Of a stretch of 64,000 bases of DNA, positions 50,259 through 63,297 are shown in pieces; the first letter of the stretch is position 1; each line of letters starts with the position of its first letter. Made by a program: the position numbers and the translations under genes. The DNA comes from Phoronis australis (lineage: Eukaryota > Animalia > Phoronida): assembly GCA_002633005.1 (NCBI GenBank), contig NMRA01000165.1:310600-374599 (forward strand), written 5' to 3'. The notes beneath the pieces are model-generated. The model was not told where the DNA came from, ran no database searches, and saw only the letters and a list, made by a program, of their open reading frames with translations.

Positions 50259-52208
50259 TTAATCCGTTTAAAAGAGCACAATCGATTTTACTTCCGACGG
50301 AAGAGAACTCCTTGTGCACGATTGACTTAGCTTTGTCTTGGGCTGTGAAACAGCAGCATATGTTGTGTATTTGTGTTCTTATCACAAATCACCGATTCCT
50401 AATCAAGGCTACCAGTGAAAGTTAACCGATTATCAGCCTCATCAGGTCACCGTGAAAATGACCCACGTAGGAAGTGTGTAATCACAGTGCTGATCAAAGT
50501 CGGGGTGAAAAAGCCAAGGGCTATCACTTCGTGAGACGGTTTATGTGAAAAAAGAGGCGAACATAGGAATCATTTTGGAGTAACCTTTTCAGAGTAAGCA
50601 TTTGGGAATGAAATCGAGCTCTAGACGGCCGTGAGGGATGAGTTGAACATAAATTTCAGGAATGCCGCCAAGAGTTTTCTCGTGCATTCCTCTCTGGTCT
50701 TCCGGAAGTAGGTTGACACTCATATTTATTTTTTATCGTTTTTAAATGTAAACTTAACATTGGCCCCAGTTTTTTACGAATTAACGGGTTGAATTCCTTA
50801 CTGAGACTCAAAAAATTTCGGCATATAATTATATAAAGACTCGGTTTCATAAATGGCCAAATTGGCTTTGAAAGCTAAATAACTCGAACTTAGTAAATAC
50901 GACTGTCACCTTTAGATAACTATTGCCATAGTATAGTGTCGCAGTTGGAGCTAGGATTCAGAGTCGGATGTTGGATCTTAGGTTGCAGTAAGATCACGTG
51001 ATTTAACAGGCGAGGTGTCGAAGTTTCCTGGTGTAAGAAAAGGAAGTATTTTGATGAGAAAGCTTCGAAAAACTATTGAACAGTTGTTTGATATAAATTC
51101 GAGTAATTCTGGGCTACTTTGCCCGATGTATTCATGCTTAATAGTCTTCGATTGGATCCGTCTACCTGTGACGAACTAGCTTTGCGTGTGCGAGCGTACT
51201 GTGTTTCGTATGTTCGCTCGAAAATGCTGAATTAAGTTCGTTAGGCTTTTCCTTTGAACTAGTTGTTACTCGAGTTGTTAGTTTCTTTACGAAGTGGCGT
51301 CTACGTAATTTTAAGCGTATCGGAAAAGGTATGAAATTCGGCTTCCTGCTTCATTGAATCCGTTACACTTTATATAGCATGGTGGCGAAATGAAGTAGAA
51401 ACAGATCTGCCCCATGGGTCAAGAAACAACTTTTGAGTTATAATAGCGCTTGCTGTTAAAAATGGTCTCTTCTAGGCTTGAGAAGAACTAGCTATTTTTA
51501 CTGCATGAGATCACGCTCATGAAGTTTAATTGTCACGGCGGCCTAGTTTCAGGGCGCCGAAACGATAGCGGCGTTTTATTGCGAATATCCTCGGTGGGAC
51601 AGGACCCGTAACAACAGAACTGTTGACGCTCCGAGGTTGTTTGTCACGAGAACGCCCTAGCCTGTCTTTTGAACGTCTTCTCGAAACGCTACGGCGACGA
51701 ACGGAATGCTTCGCGAAAACGTGTCATGAAGGTAGCACAGTTCATCGTGTTCTTCGTCAGATTGTCACGTACGCTTAATCCACTACGTCACAGTCGATTC
51801 CCAACCTATTTGCCTCCCGTTTTCGAGATGTAACTGAAGTACCCTCGTTGGTTCCCAGCGTGCCGCTAGGTGGGGCGGTAGCCGCGCCAACACGAAGGTC
51901 TCAGTATCACTTAATTTTCCTCGGTAATTTTTTTGAAACCGGCGTTTCTGATTGGTTAGTCGAATTCTCAACAGGCAGCACTTTACGCTAACAAATTGGC
52001 ATGACTGATGGACTAAAGTGTAAATGTGGTCTGTTATACAGACAAATCGGCACTCAAAATTTATGTTCAGGAAATGTGAAGCCTAGAAATTGTGATTGCG
52101 ACTTTTCGGAATGCATCTTTCTACTGTCGATGACTTTTGTTTACGATAGTGTCCTGTATTCATACACTATGAATAACACACCGATAAATCGGCCAGATAT
52201 GTGTTTAT

Positions 52209-52214
52209 AATAAC

Positions 52215-52252
<38 letters not shown>

Positions 52253-55230
52253 TAATTAACGTTTATTGTACATCGTAGGCTTTGCGTACATACATAAATA
52301 CATAAATTCAAACGTATATTCAGAATATTTACACGGAGAGCTGTTCTTCTCTTAAACCCATGGCCGTCTGAATATACAATGCAAGGCGCTGGATGCTGTC
52401 ATGATTTTTCTGTTGGAATAACCTAACAAGAGAATGGTTAACATTGACAAGCTCTGGTAGAAGATTTCTTCTAAGGTCTCCAAGACCTGGGCATCGACAC
52501 ATGAAATGAGGCTCATCTTCAATTTCACCCAGACAGCATATGCCGCATATTCTCTCACTTCTGGGAATACCCATATGTCTCCCTTTCTCTATATTTTAAT
52601 ATAGAGAAAGGGAGACATATGGGTATATATTCTTTGACACGGTGTGCCCAGTTACAATTACCATTTTCACCTTGTTCCCTATAACACTTCAGCGGGTACC
52701 TATGTTCTACCATATTGAGTAATTTTGTCCAATAGATAATTGGTTTACACATATATAGCATTTGGCGTTTTAATACTCAATCTCAGAACATATTTACAGA
52801 AATCATTATGAACTTTTTCAATAGATTCACACATTGATGTTCCCCATATTTCTGCACCATATGTTAATATGGGCATTATCATAGAGTCAAAGAGTTTAAA
52901 ATGCACTCCATGGGAAATACAGTTAAATTTTGACAGAGTGGCTTTAATAACGTTCATTGCTTTTCGAGCTTGACTTGCAAGTATTCTACAACACTCTGTC
53001 CATTTAAGTCTGCAGGAGAATGTGACTCCTAGGTACTTGTAGTACGATTTGGTATCTACGTTCTTATCGCCAAAAACCCACCTTTCATTATTTGAAAGAA
53101 TGCCCCCTCGCTTAAATACCACAACATTCGTTTTCTCCAAATTAACTTGCAAATTCCAGTCTCGACAAAACTTTTCGAGGACATTGAGCTTTATCTGTAG
53201 CCCAGCAACAGTATTCGACACCAGCACTAAATCACCAGCAAAAACAGAGAACCTATATCACAACCCGGAGAAACACGTATACCTCTGCCCACATTTTCTC
53301 TAATATCAGACACTAGTGTGCTAACAAACACCGAGAACAGCCAGGGACTTAAAACACATTCTTGCCGGTCACCAACCGTTGAAATAGGGTGTGGTCTGGG
53401 ACTGTACCATAACACACGATTGTATAGAGTCGTACATACTGCGCAAACTGTTAAATATTTTCCACTGCAAACCTTTGGTTAAAAGGGCATAAAATAAACG
53501 GGAAATATCTACACTATCAAATGCCTTACTAAAGTCAACGAATGCACTACACGAGAATAAAGAATAGTTGTAAAAATTTTATTAATACTATCTATAACGG
53601 AGATCCCTCTGTAATTATTTGGATTAAATTTGTCTCCTTTTTTGTAAAACGGCACAATAATACTTTTTGACCATTGGGATGGACAATGCCCGGTATTGAA
53701 AATTCTATTAAAAAGTTTGTGGAGAAGTTCTACTAGGGCCTCAGGGAAGCACTTATAGAAGTCATCCGTTACGCCATCTTCTCCGGGAGATTTATTATTC
53801 TTGTGTTTCTTAATGGCCCTTACTATTTCATCTGCGCTATATACCGGCATTTAGTTCATCCATGTCAAAGGCACTGGCCTACAACGCTCACACTGTGCGT
53901 CATGCTCATCAAGAGTCTGTCTAACTAGGTCATCAGAAGTTTCACTGCGACCTACTGTTCTGTTAATATCAAACAGGTTACTGAAATATCTAAACCACTC
54001 CAATTCAGTAATATTTATTATTATTATCAGGCTTTGTAGTGTGTACTGGCTCTGACAAGCTTTGTTTTATAATATTCCAAAATCTATTAGGATTCCCCAC
54101 TGACTCATAAAGCTCACTTTATTTATCGGTATAGTATCGCTTTTTCGTCTTCTTACATAACTTTTTGTATTCGTTTCTACTAGCAAGATAATTTCTCAGG
54201 TCTAAGTCACTCCGAGACACCCTAAATTTTCGCAGTAGGCGCTTCTTTTGTAGTTTCATCTCTTTACATTCACTGTCAAACCATGCACGTCTACGTGGTT
54301 TACTTACACACTTGTCTTGCCTCCGCATCACATTCCCGCTCCACGTGACTGGAGCAAGTCTACTAAGCCTTTAACACCTCATAATTTCTCGACACTTATC
54401 GTTTCCTTCCTGGCTTTGTAATTTTTCTAAATTACGCCTGCTTTCTCATCATGCCATCTATATCTTAGTCGTTTTTGCAATGCTATATAAGGTTCACCAG
54501 TAACTTTCTGACATATTTTTGCAGGGGTAGTGAGGGTAAAAATTAAAGGAAAATGCAACGATAAATCACATTGCAATTCTTTAAAATCTTGAATGTACTC
54601 GAGCAACGATGTCTCGGAAAGAACATAATCAATGGTGCTACAACCTCTCGTCGAAACAAAAGTAAAATTGCCATCAGGATTAGATTTCGATCTACCATTA
54701 ACAAAGTGGATACCATGACCCATACACAAATCAATTAAATTTTTATTAGTTTTGGCATCTTGGTTTTTCCTTGGTTTGGCGAAATCATCCTCTGCATAGA
54801 CACAGCTATCTTCTGTAACAGGGACATATTTTCTACTGTCATCAGCAATAAAGTCATTGACAGTGCCAGTACGAGCACTGAAATCACCTGCAAGAATTAA
54901 TCTGGCTTGGTTTAGTTTACCTGAAACATTAAAATGTATGATGTCACTATATAACTGCTCCAAGTCACTTTCTTGGCTATAATCAGAACCCTCTGGAGGC
55001 AGGTATACAAAACCTATAATGACACGAGGCTTTTCGCTATGGGGGTAAATATTTTTTATATGTAAGTATACACGATCTTTTAAATCATAATTCATGCGCG
55101 TTACATTCTGTACCAAATTATTTTTTACTAGCAGTGACGCCTCCTGATAATTTCCCACCAGGGGGGCGAAGTGCAGAGTGGATATTATAGTTGTTGAAAA
55201 ACGTGTCAAATTCTGTTGAAACGAAATAGT
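52209..55230 (-). mobile_element. 5'-truncated, frameshifted non-LTR retrotransposon (APE-RT; RTE-X-like)
   Basis: APE motifs (SGGV, VYLPP, ILAGDF, STIDYV); RT motifs (KSPGEDG, NPNNYRGIS, QECVLSPWLF, FAGD for YADD, KYLG); C-terminal CxxC..EDExHF..CP; (TTA)n tail at ~52209-52250; many stops and frameshifts. Confidence 0.92.
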
Positions 55231-56418
55231 TGCTGCGACGCCACTTGCATGACAAGGCTAAAAATTTTTCACAGTCCGCCATTTTTTCACGGTGTTGTAA
55301 AGCTAACCAATGACTGCCGAGGTTACATCGACCAACGCTAAAGCGAGTGCCACTGCGTGATATCTGCGTGCTGGCTGGGCTAAGCACGCAGGGAACCAGC
55401 GAGAACACTACCTGGGTGTAACAGGGTCCTACAGATGTTGACTGGAAATATCACGAAGTGGGAAATTCCGAGTTTGCGAGGTTTGCCGGTTGCAAGTTGG
55501 TTTTCGAAAGTATAAAAAATGTTAGCCGACCGTTATGGTCGAATTCCGTTTTCGAGCGAAGAACTATTGGACTTGAGACGGAGCTAATCTTGTGATGAAG
55601 ACTCACGGCTCGTCATGAGACAAAGACTGTTGTTAATACTTCGAATATAAGTAGCGTAAAAATGTAATATATGTTTTGGTTGCTATTGGTGATGAATTAA
55701 TAGGAAAACGACATTTTGTTTTACATTTGCTTGAAATATGTCCCTCTTACTATTTCAAGTTGTTACTTAAACATGATATGAGACTAGCACATACGTAGCG
55801 ACTTGCCCTCATCTCCCATACATGTAGGCCTACAGTAGATTCATTGCCCGTATGCTGCACACCAAGTTCATAAACATCCACTTCACTGTGTCACCTGACA
55901 TTTTATGAGCTTCATTTGAAGTAATGAAAAACTGTCATTTCTTTCCAAGAAATCACATTTATTTTGACTAGAAGGCAATTTGAGACTAATTTCATAACGC
56001 TACATGGGTTGAATCAAAATTCTCTTTTCTTCAGAAAGAAAGCCGGGAATTTCGTTTTCACATTTGATGCAGTATTAAAATACTGCTTTAAATAGTCTTC
56101 GTAGCAACCAACTGTAGCTGGCAATTTCACTTTTGATAAATTCAGCACACTCATTGCTACCTTTTCCCTTTTGATAAAGGCACCACACTCACTGCTAACT
56201 TTTCACGTCTTGTTTCAAAACGTTAAATCTCGATCTTTGCCGAACTAGTCTTTGCTCGCGCGCCCCACAAATAATGCTTTCTCTGGGCTTAATTCCACTG
56301 TACTTGTTTTTGAAATGAATAATAGGTAGATTTCCACGAAATATTGTTGGCAGTTTTGGTGAGCTTACTCGGTCGAGATTGCTCGCCACCGCCTTACTCT
56401 GTCTCACTGACGATTATA

Positions 56419-56738
56419 GAAAGCCAAAGCGGAAAAACTTCCAGGACACAAATTTTCTATTCAAAAATTAAATCTACAGGACCAAAAATATACTCTAAAC
56501 CAAAATAAACCGTGCTAGAAAGAACAATTTATTACGTCAGAACCAAAATTTAACACGTCAAGATCGAAAATTTGTCACGCCGGGACACAAAATTTATTAC
56601 GTCAGGAAAAGCTTGTGGACAGGAAAATTTCACGTCAGAAAAATTTCATGCCAGGAGAGTAGGCCTATATTTTTGGTCGTACAGAGTTAAATTCTTGAAT
56701 AGAAAATTTGTTTCCTGGGTTTTTCCGCTTTGACTTTC
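56419..56738. mobile_element. Foldback MITE with ~75-bp TIRs
   Basis: GAAAG.CAAAGCGGAAAAAC..CAGGA.ACAAATTTTCTATTCAA..ACCAAAAATATA mirrored at 56665-56738. Confidence 0.75.
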
Positions 56739-56804
56739 CCCGCCTGATAATCTTTCCAGTGTACATAATCTGAAAGACGTCATGGTCAGACTTTTTTGAA
56801 AAAG

Positions 56805-56962
56805 CAGGGGCGGATCCAGGATTTTGAGTTAGAAGGACACCAGGACAGAGTATTAGCCAGGATTTTGCCCGTCAGACATTCGCACCCTCGAGCTGCTAAA
56901 TGGAATATGGGAGGATTTTAGGGGGCCATGGTCCCCTTGGTCCCTCCTTAAATCTGCCACTG
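56805..56962. mobile_element. CAGGGGCGGATCCAGG MITE, TSD AAAAG
   Basis: AAAAG|CAGGGGCGGATCCAGG...AAATCTGCCACTG|AAAAG. Confidence 0.85.
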
Positions 56963-57460
56963 AAAAGTGTGTTTTGTGAGCTTGAATGGTTCCTTTCAGG
57001 GAGTTTAAGATGGTCTCAAAAATCCGGCAATAATAGTGTTGTTGTCTTGTTGGAGACCTGAAGCACGCGAAGCAGAGAATTAACACTATTGTGGTACAGG
57101 GTTTCAATTCCGGGGTAACGATCGCATAATAATGTCGTAGACGCGTAGAGAATTTATGATAGCATAACACTGTGCCACACCATCTTTTTCGAATGGAACG
57201 GAAAGTCGCTATTCTTGCACACCTACAGAATAGAGTCGACTAACATTTTGGATGGCTATCATTGCGTACATGAGTAAAGTTGATTCTTTTATAGGCTATA
57301 TACAGTGCCAAAGTGGGCATTAGTCAACTGGTCTTGTACGGGTGTGGTCTACGCAAATGCATATATCGTATATTCATGTCGGCTTCATGCACATTATTTT
57401 GTGCACAAACCCATGGTCAACTTTGCACAAAACCTTCGCGTGGCAGTATATATTTGCGTC

Positions 57461-57484
57461 GAGCAGCAGCAGCAACAACAACAG

Positions 57485-57524
<40 letters not shown>

Positions 57525-57538
57525 TGCTGCAGCAGCAC
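57461..57538. repeat. (CAG)n microsatellite upstream of the SLC7 CAT-like start
   Basis: GCA/CAG run with CAA interruptions. Confidence 0.9.
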
Positions 57539-57788
57539 TTTTTGTAAAATTATTTACTTTTCAAACAGATGAAAGGGGTTGACAAAATCCCGAAAGCATC
57601 ATTGAACACCATGGCGCGGAGTCGTGACAAACTATGGTGTAATAATGAATCTGCTGAACATGTAATTTCTGGCTATCTCGTGTATATTTGTTTTTCAGGA
57701 CAGCAAAAACTACACTGCGGCAGAATTGTTTTGCATGATGGTTGGATACTGTCGATGAATAAACTTGGTGATCGCGTAGAATACCAGC

Positions 57789-58038
57789 ATGACGGATAAA
57801 GAAGTCCGTGGACGTGGACTTAGTGTGTTGCAATGCATGTTCCGGCGTAAAAGAGGCGGGAAGGTGAGCGGTGGTGCCGACAGGAATTTTATAAACACGG
57901 CTAACCTGACGGTGATTGCGCTTGGAACCCACTTTGGATACGGTGTCTACGTGGTGTCGTCTTTTGTTGCGCAGAAAATCGCTGGACCAGCTATTCTATT
58001 GTCTTTCGGGTTGGCTGCCATTTGTAACATTTTATGCG
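57789..58038 (+). CDS. Divergent cationic amino acid transporter (SLC7 CAT / SLC7A14-like), coding exon 1
   Basis: MFRRK...NLTVIALGTHFGYGVYV...AGPAILLSFGLAA; donor G|GTAAG; upstream acceptor TTTTCAG near 57698. Confidence 0.88.
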
Positions 58039-58217
58039 GTAAGTTCAGAACAGGGTCAAAAGAAATGTCAACAGTTCATTCTAGAATATTTTTATTTTCG
58101 TTAGTGGTTTCGATATTTGTGACACTTTGGAGGAGATATGCAAAAATTATTGCAGAAATGTATTTACCAACACCTACCATGTCTATAATGTATTAATTAT
58201 TGTATCTCTTTGCACAG

Positions 58218-58663
58218 GTATTTGTTTCGCGGAGCTGTCGACAAGATCGCAGCCGTTTGGTCAGTCACTGCATGGCATTCTACACCAATTTGCCGGAGAG
58301 TTCGCAGCATTTTTAGCCAGCTGGCTCTCCATACTCACGCACAATGGTGTCATTGCAACGTGTGCGCGTGCACTGAGCGGAATACTGGACTACGTATCTG
58401 GGCAGCGCTTATCTGTTTATCTTCGCGATAAAATCGGTGATCTTCCTCTGATAGACTCTCAGCCTGATTTCTTGGCGTTCATCATCGTTGTCGTTTTTGT
58501 CATTATCTGTGCCAGCAATTTTGACATCAACAGGACTCTTGCGTACCTGCTCAACATTTTGACATTTTGCTTAACGGTATTCATCCTCGTCTCCATGGTT
58601 TTTTTCTCTCGCAATGACAGTTGGTTTGACAAGGTTGAGTTCACAGCGAACGGCTCGAAATCG
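58218..58663 (+). CDS. SLC7 CAT-like transporter, exon 2
   Basis: GICFAELSTR...GEFAAFLASW...ATCARALSGILD...PDFLAF...FTANGSKS; CAG/GTAAT. Confidence 0.9.
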
Positions 58664-58893
58664 GTAATTGTGATGTGATCGTTTAAACTTATTATGCTTG
58701 AACATAGCCCTATTAATTTATCTTCTCCATTGCTGGGAAGAGGCCAATATAGCAAATGAGACACGTGGTATTTAATGTGGAATTTCTGTTTAATCTTTTA
58801 CTCAGTTTACCATAAATAATGTTCTGAATATCAGAAAACCATGAGGCGTAACACAGACTAATGAATTACTGTTGATCGAATTTTTCTTTTCAG

Positions 58894-60013
58894 GTAGTCG
58901 CTGGCGCTTCTCTGTGTTTTTATTGCTTTGTTGGTTTCGAATTCGTGCTGACAAAAGGTAGAGAATCGATGATGTCGTCCAATACAATAACAGCAATAAT
59001 GGCGGTGAGCAATGTCGTCTGCTTGTTGTTTTTCCTGGGAATGTCGTGCTCATTTCTTGTTGTAGCACCGTCTGCTAACTTTACGTCTTTAGCTCCCCTT
59101 TTGGAGAGTGTTGACACTTCCGGTGCCACATGGCTCGTATACGTCATGGCACTGTCATCATTTCTCGCCATTATGCCAGTCATGATCAACAGCATGTCGT
59201 CTTCATTAATCAGCGTATGCACTATTTCATCCGACTGCAAAAACTGCTTCTCCTGTAAATTCCAAGATCCTGACAATTCTACATGGGCGGTTGTTGTTTC
59301 AGGTTTCGTATCTGCGATTTTGGCCCTGTTTCTGGATGTTATGATTATGCTCAATCTCACTGTTTTACCCTGCCTGTTGCTAAATGTTATTATGATAGTA
59401 GTGATGATGTTACGAAGGTTTAAGCCTGACGAAAGCGACCCCATAGTTGATGATCAGGCAAGACAATCAAAAATCGAAAGTTCTCCGAATCCAGAGTCGT
59501 TCAACTCCTCCAAGATTTACAGCAAGCTTGAAAAGGATGATGAGAGCGAGACTGACGACACATATTCGTCTGACCAATCAGAAACAGATATTGATGCAGT
59601 TGTTCAAGAATACAAAGAGAAAATTCGCATTGCATCCTTGAAAAACTTTGAGAGTCCAGCATCTACTGAGAGACAGCAACAATTAAAAAGGATACGAGCC
59701 AAGATTGGCCGTGGGTTGCTCATAACTGTAATAGGTGCAGTGGTTGTAACATTCTCCTTAGTCGGGTATGGCTATAGTCTTCTCGTTGACAGGAACGTCG
59801 GATTCATCTTGGTAGTATCTACGTGCTGTATTCTTATCCTTCTGTCTTCAGTTCTGCTCACGGTGCAGGCAGAGTACCAGAACACTGATCGACTCGTATG
59901 TCGCATGCCGCTGGTACCACTGGCTCCGATGATAGCATTAGCTCTGCAGGTCTTCCTTATTACTGTTCTTCCGTGGCAGGCAATGTTGGCTGTAGTCACG
60001 TGGACGATACTAG
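58894..60013 (+). CDS. SLC7 CAT-like transporter, exon 3
   Basis: VVAGASLCFYCFVGFE (CAT TM6 GAAxCFYAFVGFD); acidic loop; C-terminal permease motif RMPLVPLAPMIAL. Confidence 0.9.
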
Positions 60014-61438
60014 GTATGTAAGAGGTTTTCTATAAAATAAACATAGTTTTTCTCATTTTCTAAATTAGGCCTTTAACAGGTTAAATTGTCCAAAGTATGT
60101 CTCAGAAACGACCTTCAGGGGAAGGAAATTTACGACGGGGGTGGTGTTCAATAATGGATAAGAGTACGAAATCTTGACGTCTCAACACTTTTAGTAGTTC
60201 ATGCCTTACTTGAGTAACAGACCGATCACCAGATAGCATGCGCTAGCTATCGAGAGCGTACAACACTACAGGTGGGAGGTTGCGTATTAAACCCCGGCGG
60301 CCCAACACCGGCAAGAAATGGGAGGGTTTACTACGAAAACACGGGGGGTACATTGAAAAGTGGGAAATCATCTTCTTGAGCTTTCTATGCATGCTGTGGT
60401 TCGGTTCCGTCTGAATTATTGCTAAATTAGATGCGTCATAAAATGGAAGGACATGGACGGTTATGCATCCATTCGCGACCAGACGCTAATAAATCAGGAG
60501 CTCAGTCAGCAGCTGTGATGTACTAGTAATATACACATTTGGGCAATGCCTTGTGGCGGGGCTCCCTTCCTCAACGTACCCTCCAAATGTAAGAGATGGA
60601 TCCCTTTGATAGAAACGTTACACGGCTTAAGTAAAACTGATTAGCTGTGTGCAACTAGCATCACAAAAACAGAACTTGATCAAAAATTAATTCCTAACTC
60701 TACCCATTCCTTCACTATGTAAGACTCTCTCAAAATAACAATGTAACGCAATGGCATCAATTCAATGAATTTAATGTTAAACATTTTGAATTTTGAAAGT
60801 CTAATGCGAACTAACAACACTAAATTTTGAGACGAGTCGCTGTGCTCATTGTGACTGCAGAAGCCCCGGCACAGGAAAATATTGTGGACTAGCAGATACA
60901 CGCGTGGACGGATTTGAGGTGCAGACTTTTTGCTGCGTGTAAACGTGAACAGTGTAAGGTGTGCCGGAAATATACATGAAAAAACCTATTCCCCTCTAGA
61001 TTCGTATCTAGGCTTACGTAAGATTCCTGTTTCTCCGTCTTCGGGATAGTCATGACACCCAAATGAGTTGTGTTTCCACATCGTTGTTCACTGAAAAGAG
61101 AACTAACTCCAGCACTAATTTGTCATTGAATGAGGTAGGTATTACCACTAGGCAAATGATAGTTTTGCTCGATTTTGTTCTTAATTTGTCCTTTTTTTCA
61201 ACTTGCCTACATTTTCATTGCTTTGGGCTAGTTGCATTCTCCTTGCTCCTCCAACTGGTACACTTATGCTGCTCAGATCTAGGAGGAGTGTTCAGCATTT
61301 TTCGATTTGTTGGCATTCGATTTCTTTGAATTAATCTTATTGTGATAAAAGTTAAATGGTGCTCACACACTTGTTTGAGGTGAGTTGTGGACTCCTTTAC
61401 AGAAAATACGCAAGGTTAACAATTTGTCTGCTTCACAG

Positions 61439-61683
61439 GTGCTGGTGCCTACTTTGCTTGTCTTTCATTCAAAAAGTGCAGACCGGTGATCACAGAGCCC
61501 TCTATTTGTGAAGAGGAGAGAATCTTGCTTCAACCCCTGCCAAGTTACAGTTCCAACCTACAACAACCTGCCAGTACAAGCACTGCACTAACCGCTATAG
61601 ACGAAGAGTGTTCCAGTCCCAGCGCTGGAGGCTCTCATACGAGGCCGATTTCATTTAATGTAAATTCTGTTCAAGTTCCGTGA
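61439..61683 (+). CDS. SLC7 CAT-like transporter, exon 4 (stop)
   Basis: CACAG acceptor, phase 1; GAGAYFAC...EEERILL...VQVP-TGA; total CDS 2061 nt = 686 aa. Confidence 0.8.
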
Positions 61684-63208
61684 AAAACAAGATTAATTTA
61701 ACTGAGCAATTGCCTTATAGTTAGTGGTTCTATATTGGGCGAGAACCTCGCAAAAACACAAGGTGGCGCCAGATTAAAGTCGACAAAGTGACAAGAAGCT
61801 GACAGATCGTCTTTTTTGAAATTTGAAACTAAAGGAAAAATGTTTTGACATCAACAGAAATTCAATTAAGAACAAACCGTAAAAACACCTGGTGAACAGG
61901 TTTACTTTCTGTAGTTTTTCGTGCTTTGCTAGTATGCACAAAGCGACATAAACGTTTTATATTTAGAACAATTAAATGTTAATTCAAGTAAACCAATACT
62001 GTAAGTAGATAGGAAAAGCCAAAATTATCGAAAGCGGTTGAGAAAAAGGCTTCGTATTATAAGGGAAACAGCTCAATTCTCACTTTTTGCTCAATGGAAT
62101 GATGATTGGAAGCCTGTGCTGCCATCATGGTGGTGGGAGACCACATCACTGGAACCACAGCATATTCGTTTCTTGCCGCAAAATTTTGCTCATTCAAAAT
62201 CGGAAATGTAGCTGACAACCTTCACGAATAGAACTCATGTTTCATGAAATAGCTTTTAAACTGTTTATTACCATCACCCACATAATAACATGCCTATTTT
62301 CTCTAGCAAAAATAAATTTTCAGAATCTCTGCAGCGTTGATGATGCAACGTAATGCTTGTAGTAAAGTTGCGAATATATGGGGCTTGGCTTCAAAAATAA
62401 CTCCTGGGGCTATTATAAGACCAAAAGTCACGATCAATATATTTGTTCGCGGCCTACAAAGTATTAGTTTCCTCTGGTCACAATTACGAAGGTATACGGT
62501 GACTTGTAACCGTAGAAAATGTTGCGGGTTAACTTCGAAACATCAATGACATTTCAGAAATGGCTAATAGGATTCACATGAACCTTTTCATGAGCAAGGA
62601 TTTGTGTAGTGCATTTAAAATGGCGTTAGGAATTGCTTTAGCATCTGAAGACGTCGACTGTAAGATGATCGTGGGGAAAACCCTACGCTATATCCGCTTA
62701 CGGTAAATTTTCAGTTGCTAATTTCAGGATGAGCCTTTCACTTTCTGAATGACATCTGAACGCTTTTTAAGAATAAAAATGAGCAGGAGTACGTGTGTAT
62801 ACGGCTACTTCGCGTAAAACTAATCCGGCATTCTATCATTGCAGAGTCGTTCTGACATGCTAATCATGTTCGGCGGCTTTGACCACTGGTGAAAGGTAAT
62901 ATGTTTCGTTTCAGGGACGCTAGGTGTCGCATTACCGCCGGGGAATTCCCATCGTGTTATTAATAACCGTCGACATTGTTACTCACAAAATTTTCTTTGT
63001 CATAAAATTTACCTATAGCGGGCGTTCGGGTCGGTTACTAACCGTCATTTCCAAAAATACAGCGTAAACTAAAGACGAATATTAAGGTAAGGGATTTGTA
63101 TCGTTAGATAGTGCCGGAGTGACGTAATTTTATAAGAACCGAGGCCGGCCGGGTAAGGTTGGGCTCGCAGGCGAGTCTGGACTGAGAAGTGACCAACCTA
63201 TCTGTCAC

Positions 63209-63297
63209 CAAGGGCGGATCCAGGATATTGAGTTAGGGGGGCCAGGGCAGAGTATTAGCCAGGATTTTGCCGTCAGACATTCCCTCCCCCGCCACTG
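63209..63297. mobile_element. Internally deleted copy of the CAGGGGCGGATCCAGG MITE, TSD GTCAC
   Basis: GTCAC|CAAGGGCGGATCCAGG...CCGCCACTG|GTCAC; body matches the 56805 copy (CAGAGTATTAGCCAGGATTTTGCC.GTCAGACATT). Confidence 0.85.

Noticed and set aside
55588-55635. Hammerhead-like TGATGAAGACTC...GAGACAAAG
   Set aside because: The CUGANGA and GAAA cores are incomplete and I could not build stems I and III.
57305-57582. PolyQ, polyA and polyS ORFs
   Set aside because: Three-frame read-through of one (CAG)n microsatellite; no link in frame or by splice phase to the CAT-like CDS.
58459-59999. Minus-strand ORFs over the CAT-like gene (and 12161-12478 over the orphan ORF)
   Set aside because: Antisense shadows of real coding exons.
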